Assembly (NCBI GenBank): GCA_964016885.1
Contig: OZ024748.1
Coordinates: 6,014,001 to 6,078,000 of the forward strand
Length of the DNA: 64,000 nucleotides
Origin: Eledone cirrhosa
Taxonomy: Eukaryota
Direction of reading: 5' to 3'
The notes beneath the pieces were generated by a model. The model was given only the letters and a program-made list of their open reading frames with translations. It was not told the origin of the DNA and did no database searches. This document shows, one piece after another, positions 59,619 through 64,000 of the stretch. Position 1 is the first letter of the stretch. Every line of letters begins with the position of its first letter. A program made the position numbers and the translations under genes.

Positions 59619-59735
59619 TATAGATGAGATTCTACAGGACTAGAACTGTTTCATTCTTTAGAAATCATCAGGAATCATATTCCTGATGATTTCTAAAGAA
59701 TGAAACAGTTCTAGTCCTGTAGAATCTCATCTATA
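59619..59735. ncRNA. Two identical hammerhead motifs head-to-head (family B; minus 59629-59675, plus 59679-59725)
   Basis: Perfect 57-bp inverted arms, spacer cat; each arm reads attc CTGATGA t-ttc-taaa-gaa-t GAAA cag-ttctagtc-ctg TA gaat. Confidence 0.8.
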
Positions 59736-60145
59736 ATAAAACTTATATATATATATATATATATGCATATACATATATATGATGAAAGAGAGATGTGTTT
59801 GTATATATGTATGTATGTATATATGTATGTATGCGAACATACTTATAGTGTGTGTGTGTTCTACTGTAATTAGGCATCTGTAATTACACAAACTGTCACT
59901 TTTTTTATCCATATAAAAAATTATATTTTTTAATATATCATTCTCTTCAATTTCTCCTGGGGGCAGGGTGGGGGGAGAATCGTTGGTATTTCTTAATATT
60001 TTCTTTTTTCATCGAAATGCATATTATTGGAGTGTGAAAAATAAACCAGCCGAAAAAAACAACATTTTACATGTATGTTTAGTATGTTGAGAATGTATTT
60101 ATGTATGTGTGAGTGACTGTGTATGTACGTATGGATGTATAGATG

Positions 60146-60213
<68 letters not shown>

Positions 60214-60354
60214 TATATATATATATATAAAACATATATGCATACATAAATATACTTATTATATACATACATACGCACACACACACACATATATGTTCCT
60301 GTATACGTTTATGTATATATACATATATATATACATATATATATATATAAATAC

Positions 60355-60441
<87 letters not shown>

Positions 60442-60753
60442 CACAGACACACACAGGTTGAAAAAGTTAGCATGTGCAAATTGCTTTTTGTATTTTTTTG
60501 CGACGTTTTCTCTTTTGATTTTTTTTCCTGCCATCAATAATTTACAATCTGTAGACTAAATAAGACTGTGTGAGACTACTGGCTATCGACTTTGGTTCAG
60601 TTATCATGCCAGACGTTCTGTCGCCTAACTACATATTCAATACACTCTCTAAGCATCTGCACACGATTCCTATTAAAACTACCTCTCTCTCATACTACCT
60701 CTTTTTCTGTCACAATGTTTCAGTATATATATATATATATACATGTATATATA

Positions 60754-60785
<32 letters not shown>

Positions 60786-60797
60786 ATATATATATAT

Positions 60798-60912
<115 letters not shown>

Positions 60913-61065
60913 CATGTATATATATATACATGTATGCATATATCTGTCTGTGTGTGTATGTATACATTTAACTCTTTTTTCTGGCCATCTTCACTATTTA
61001 TCTTTCTTTTCTCCAAGCTTCCTTCTAAACCACATGATGATCGTGCGCGCCGATGTATATATATA

Positions 61066-61310
<245 letters not shown>

Positions 61311-61448
61311 CTGTGTGTAGAAGTTATATTTAATTTGTTGGGATACAACAAGCAAATATTTTTATAACTCATATAAAGCACTCAACAAATTTTTGGAGTA
61401 AAAGTACAATATATTAATAAATGGAAACTATATTTATAAAACCATATT

Positions 61449-61513
61449 TATTTCATTATACATATTTCAAGGACACCAAAGCAAATTATGGTGCGCTTTC
61501 TTCAGATAAAATA
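61449..61513 (-). ncRNA. Minimal type I hammerhead ribozyme (family C)
   Basis: Minus strand: tattttat CTGAAGA aag-c-gcacca-taatttgctt-tggtgt-c-ctt GAAA tatgta TA atgaaata. Confidence 0.8.
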
Positions 61514-61679
61514 TAATATAGATCAGTTTTATAAACAAACATTGACATACCCTTAAAAGAATGCGGCCATGTCTGTTGGAAGCTCCCGGATAATATATAT
61601 ATTATCATATACACACATACATATATATATATATATACCTATATTATGTGCGTACATGCATACATACATCCATATTCAG

Positions 61680-61944
<265 letters not shown>

Positions 61945-62333
61945 TACATATACACACACACATATATATATATATACCTATATTATGTGCGTACATGCAT
62001 ACATACATCCATATTCGGTTGCAACACACACACACACACGCTATACCTATATACACCCAGTCCCTCCTCAAGTATTTTACAATATCTATGTAGCAGATGG
62101 GCTGTAATAATATCCGATTCACCAATGAATTGATTCAGTCGTAATAAATCAATCAGTTCCTGTCTCTTTTACCATTTCTCATGCACCCACCTCTTGTCAT
62201 ATGTTGTTGTTATTGTTATAGTTGTTGGTCATCCTATGCATGATGTCGGTGTTGCGGATTATGCTCTTGTTTTCTTGTTATAATTGTCATTAATGTTATG
62301 ATTTCCTTTAAATATATACATACACAGACATAG

Positions 62334-62389
<56 letters not shown>

Positions 62390-62516
62390 TCTCTCTCGCT
62401 CTTTTTCTCTCTCTCTCTCTTTCTCTTTGTGTTATTTGAATCTACTATGATTTGGGCTTACCTTATTCATATATATATGTTTTTGCATGTCAGTTAGATT
62501 CAAACTTACAAGGATT

Positions 62517-62618
<102 letters not shown>

Positions 62619-62675
62619 TGTTAAAATAATTAGATTGAATTAATTCAACAGTTAAACACAGTTAGGAATAACACA

Positions 62676-62747
62676 TTGTCTATGTTACCGTCCTGTTGTT
62701 GTCTGGCATGTTCGTACACGACGACAACACGACGGTAACATAGACAA
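62676..62747. other. Isolated 72-nt hairpin (28-bp stem)
   Basis: ttgtctatgttaccgtcctgttgttgtc / gacgacaacacgacggtaacatagacaa, with one C-C mismatch, one G-U pair and a 16-nt loop. Confidence 0.7.
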
Positions 62748-63408
62748 CATAGAAATTAGAATAATATCTAAACATAGAAATGACCCAGCAGATAGGCAAA
62801 TCAGAGAGGCCAGTGAAGTAGAACTTAGAAGGCCAAGGCTAAACAGAAAAAATGAATGGAATAACAACAACACCCAAACAAACAACACTGACCTAAGAGA
62901 AGTATAAATAAATAAATAGATAAATAAATAAATAAATACATACACAAGCACAATAACAACGAACACATATAAACACACACTAGTAAAGATAGAATACATT
63001 AACCAATACACAGTCACCCAATCACGAACACACATCAAACAAAACTATACACACACGTAAACGCATGCGCAAAGAAGACAAAATAAAATAAACAAATAAA
63101 TAAATATATAAACAGACTAAATAAAGATGGCGTAGAAAATACAATGCAACGGGAGGAAACAATAGCACCACTGACGTTGTTGCAGATGTGCAACGAAAGA
63201 AGTTTGATAAACTATATATATGTGTTTGTGTCTATATTGTATCTGTATTTTTGACCGTTGGTCAGTCAATGGTAAACACTGACGACCGAATAAATTAAAT
63301 TAACCGATATAAAAGACACAGAAGCGAAAAGCGAAAACCAACCAAACAGTGAGTTTGTTCTGTTATTAATTCTGGCAATATTACACAAATATGACCCTCC
63401 CCAAGTAT

Positions 63409-63455
<47 letters not shown>

Positions 63456-63693
63456 TGTACATATATATGCGTGTATATATATATGCGTGTGCATATATAT
63501 ATATACATATACACACGCATATATATATACACGCATATATATGTACACGCATATATATATATACATATAGCTGGTACTTCAGTACAAGTCATACACATAC
63601 AAGATAAATTACTTAAAAATTGAGAGATAAATGTTGTTTTGTATTCTTTAATCCTTTACTAGTTTTACAGAAAGTATCCATTATTATTAGTGT

Positions 63694-64000
63694 AAGTGGA
63701 TTGGCAGTATCAGTAGAGGCTCGCACGCTGTGCTTTGCAGCATAGTTACGTCCCTTTACCGACTGAGTTCAAATCCCGCCGAGGTTAACTTTGCCTTTCA
63801 TCCTTTCGGGCTCGATAAAATAAAGTACCAGTAATGCACTGGGTAAATGCTGGCCTTGTGCCAAAAGTAGAAACAATTATTAGTGTAGGTGGATTGGTTG
63901 AATCGGTAGAGCGTCGCACAGCATGTTTTGTGGTATATAGTTACGGCCTTTACGTTCTGAGGTCGAATCCCACCGAGGTTAAATTTGTAATTCATCCTTA
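63694..64000 (+). mobile_element. Tandem pair of tRNA-derived SINEs (second runs off the window)
   Basis: gtggattggcagtatc...aacaattat, then attagtgta ggtggattgg... and a second B box gtcgaatcc. Confidence 0.85.

Overview
Very AT-rich, microsatellite-saturated eukaryotic non-coding DNA. The dominant tRNA-derived SINE family and repeat landscape point to an octopus-like cephalopod genome (inference). I can support no host protein-coding gene; nearly all ORF-track entries are artefacts of (TA)n, (CA)n and trinucleotide repeats. Real coding remnants all belong to retroelements: a 5'-truncated but uninterrupted Penelope-like element (RT YRDD motif plus C-terminal GIY-YIG, 55023-57385), a CR1-like 3' end, an L1/Tx1-like 3' end and a decayed RTE fragment. 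The main hidden signal is RNA structure. About 15 type I hammerhead ribozyme motifs, from roughly 7-8 distinct short repeat families, sit in or next to (TA)n tracts on both strands. They include minimal forms with palindromic stem III, a pair of copies with compensatory base-pair changes, a perfect head-to-head twin, and an unusual U3-A8 core variant (UUGAGAA) with a long stem II at the 3' end of the Penelope-like element. Many copies are fold-back palindromes whose breakpoints fall inside the ribozyme. All folds were read by eye and none is tested for activity.
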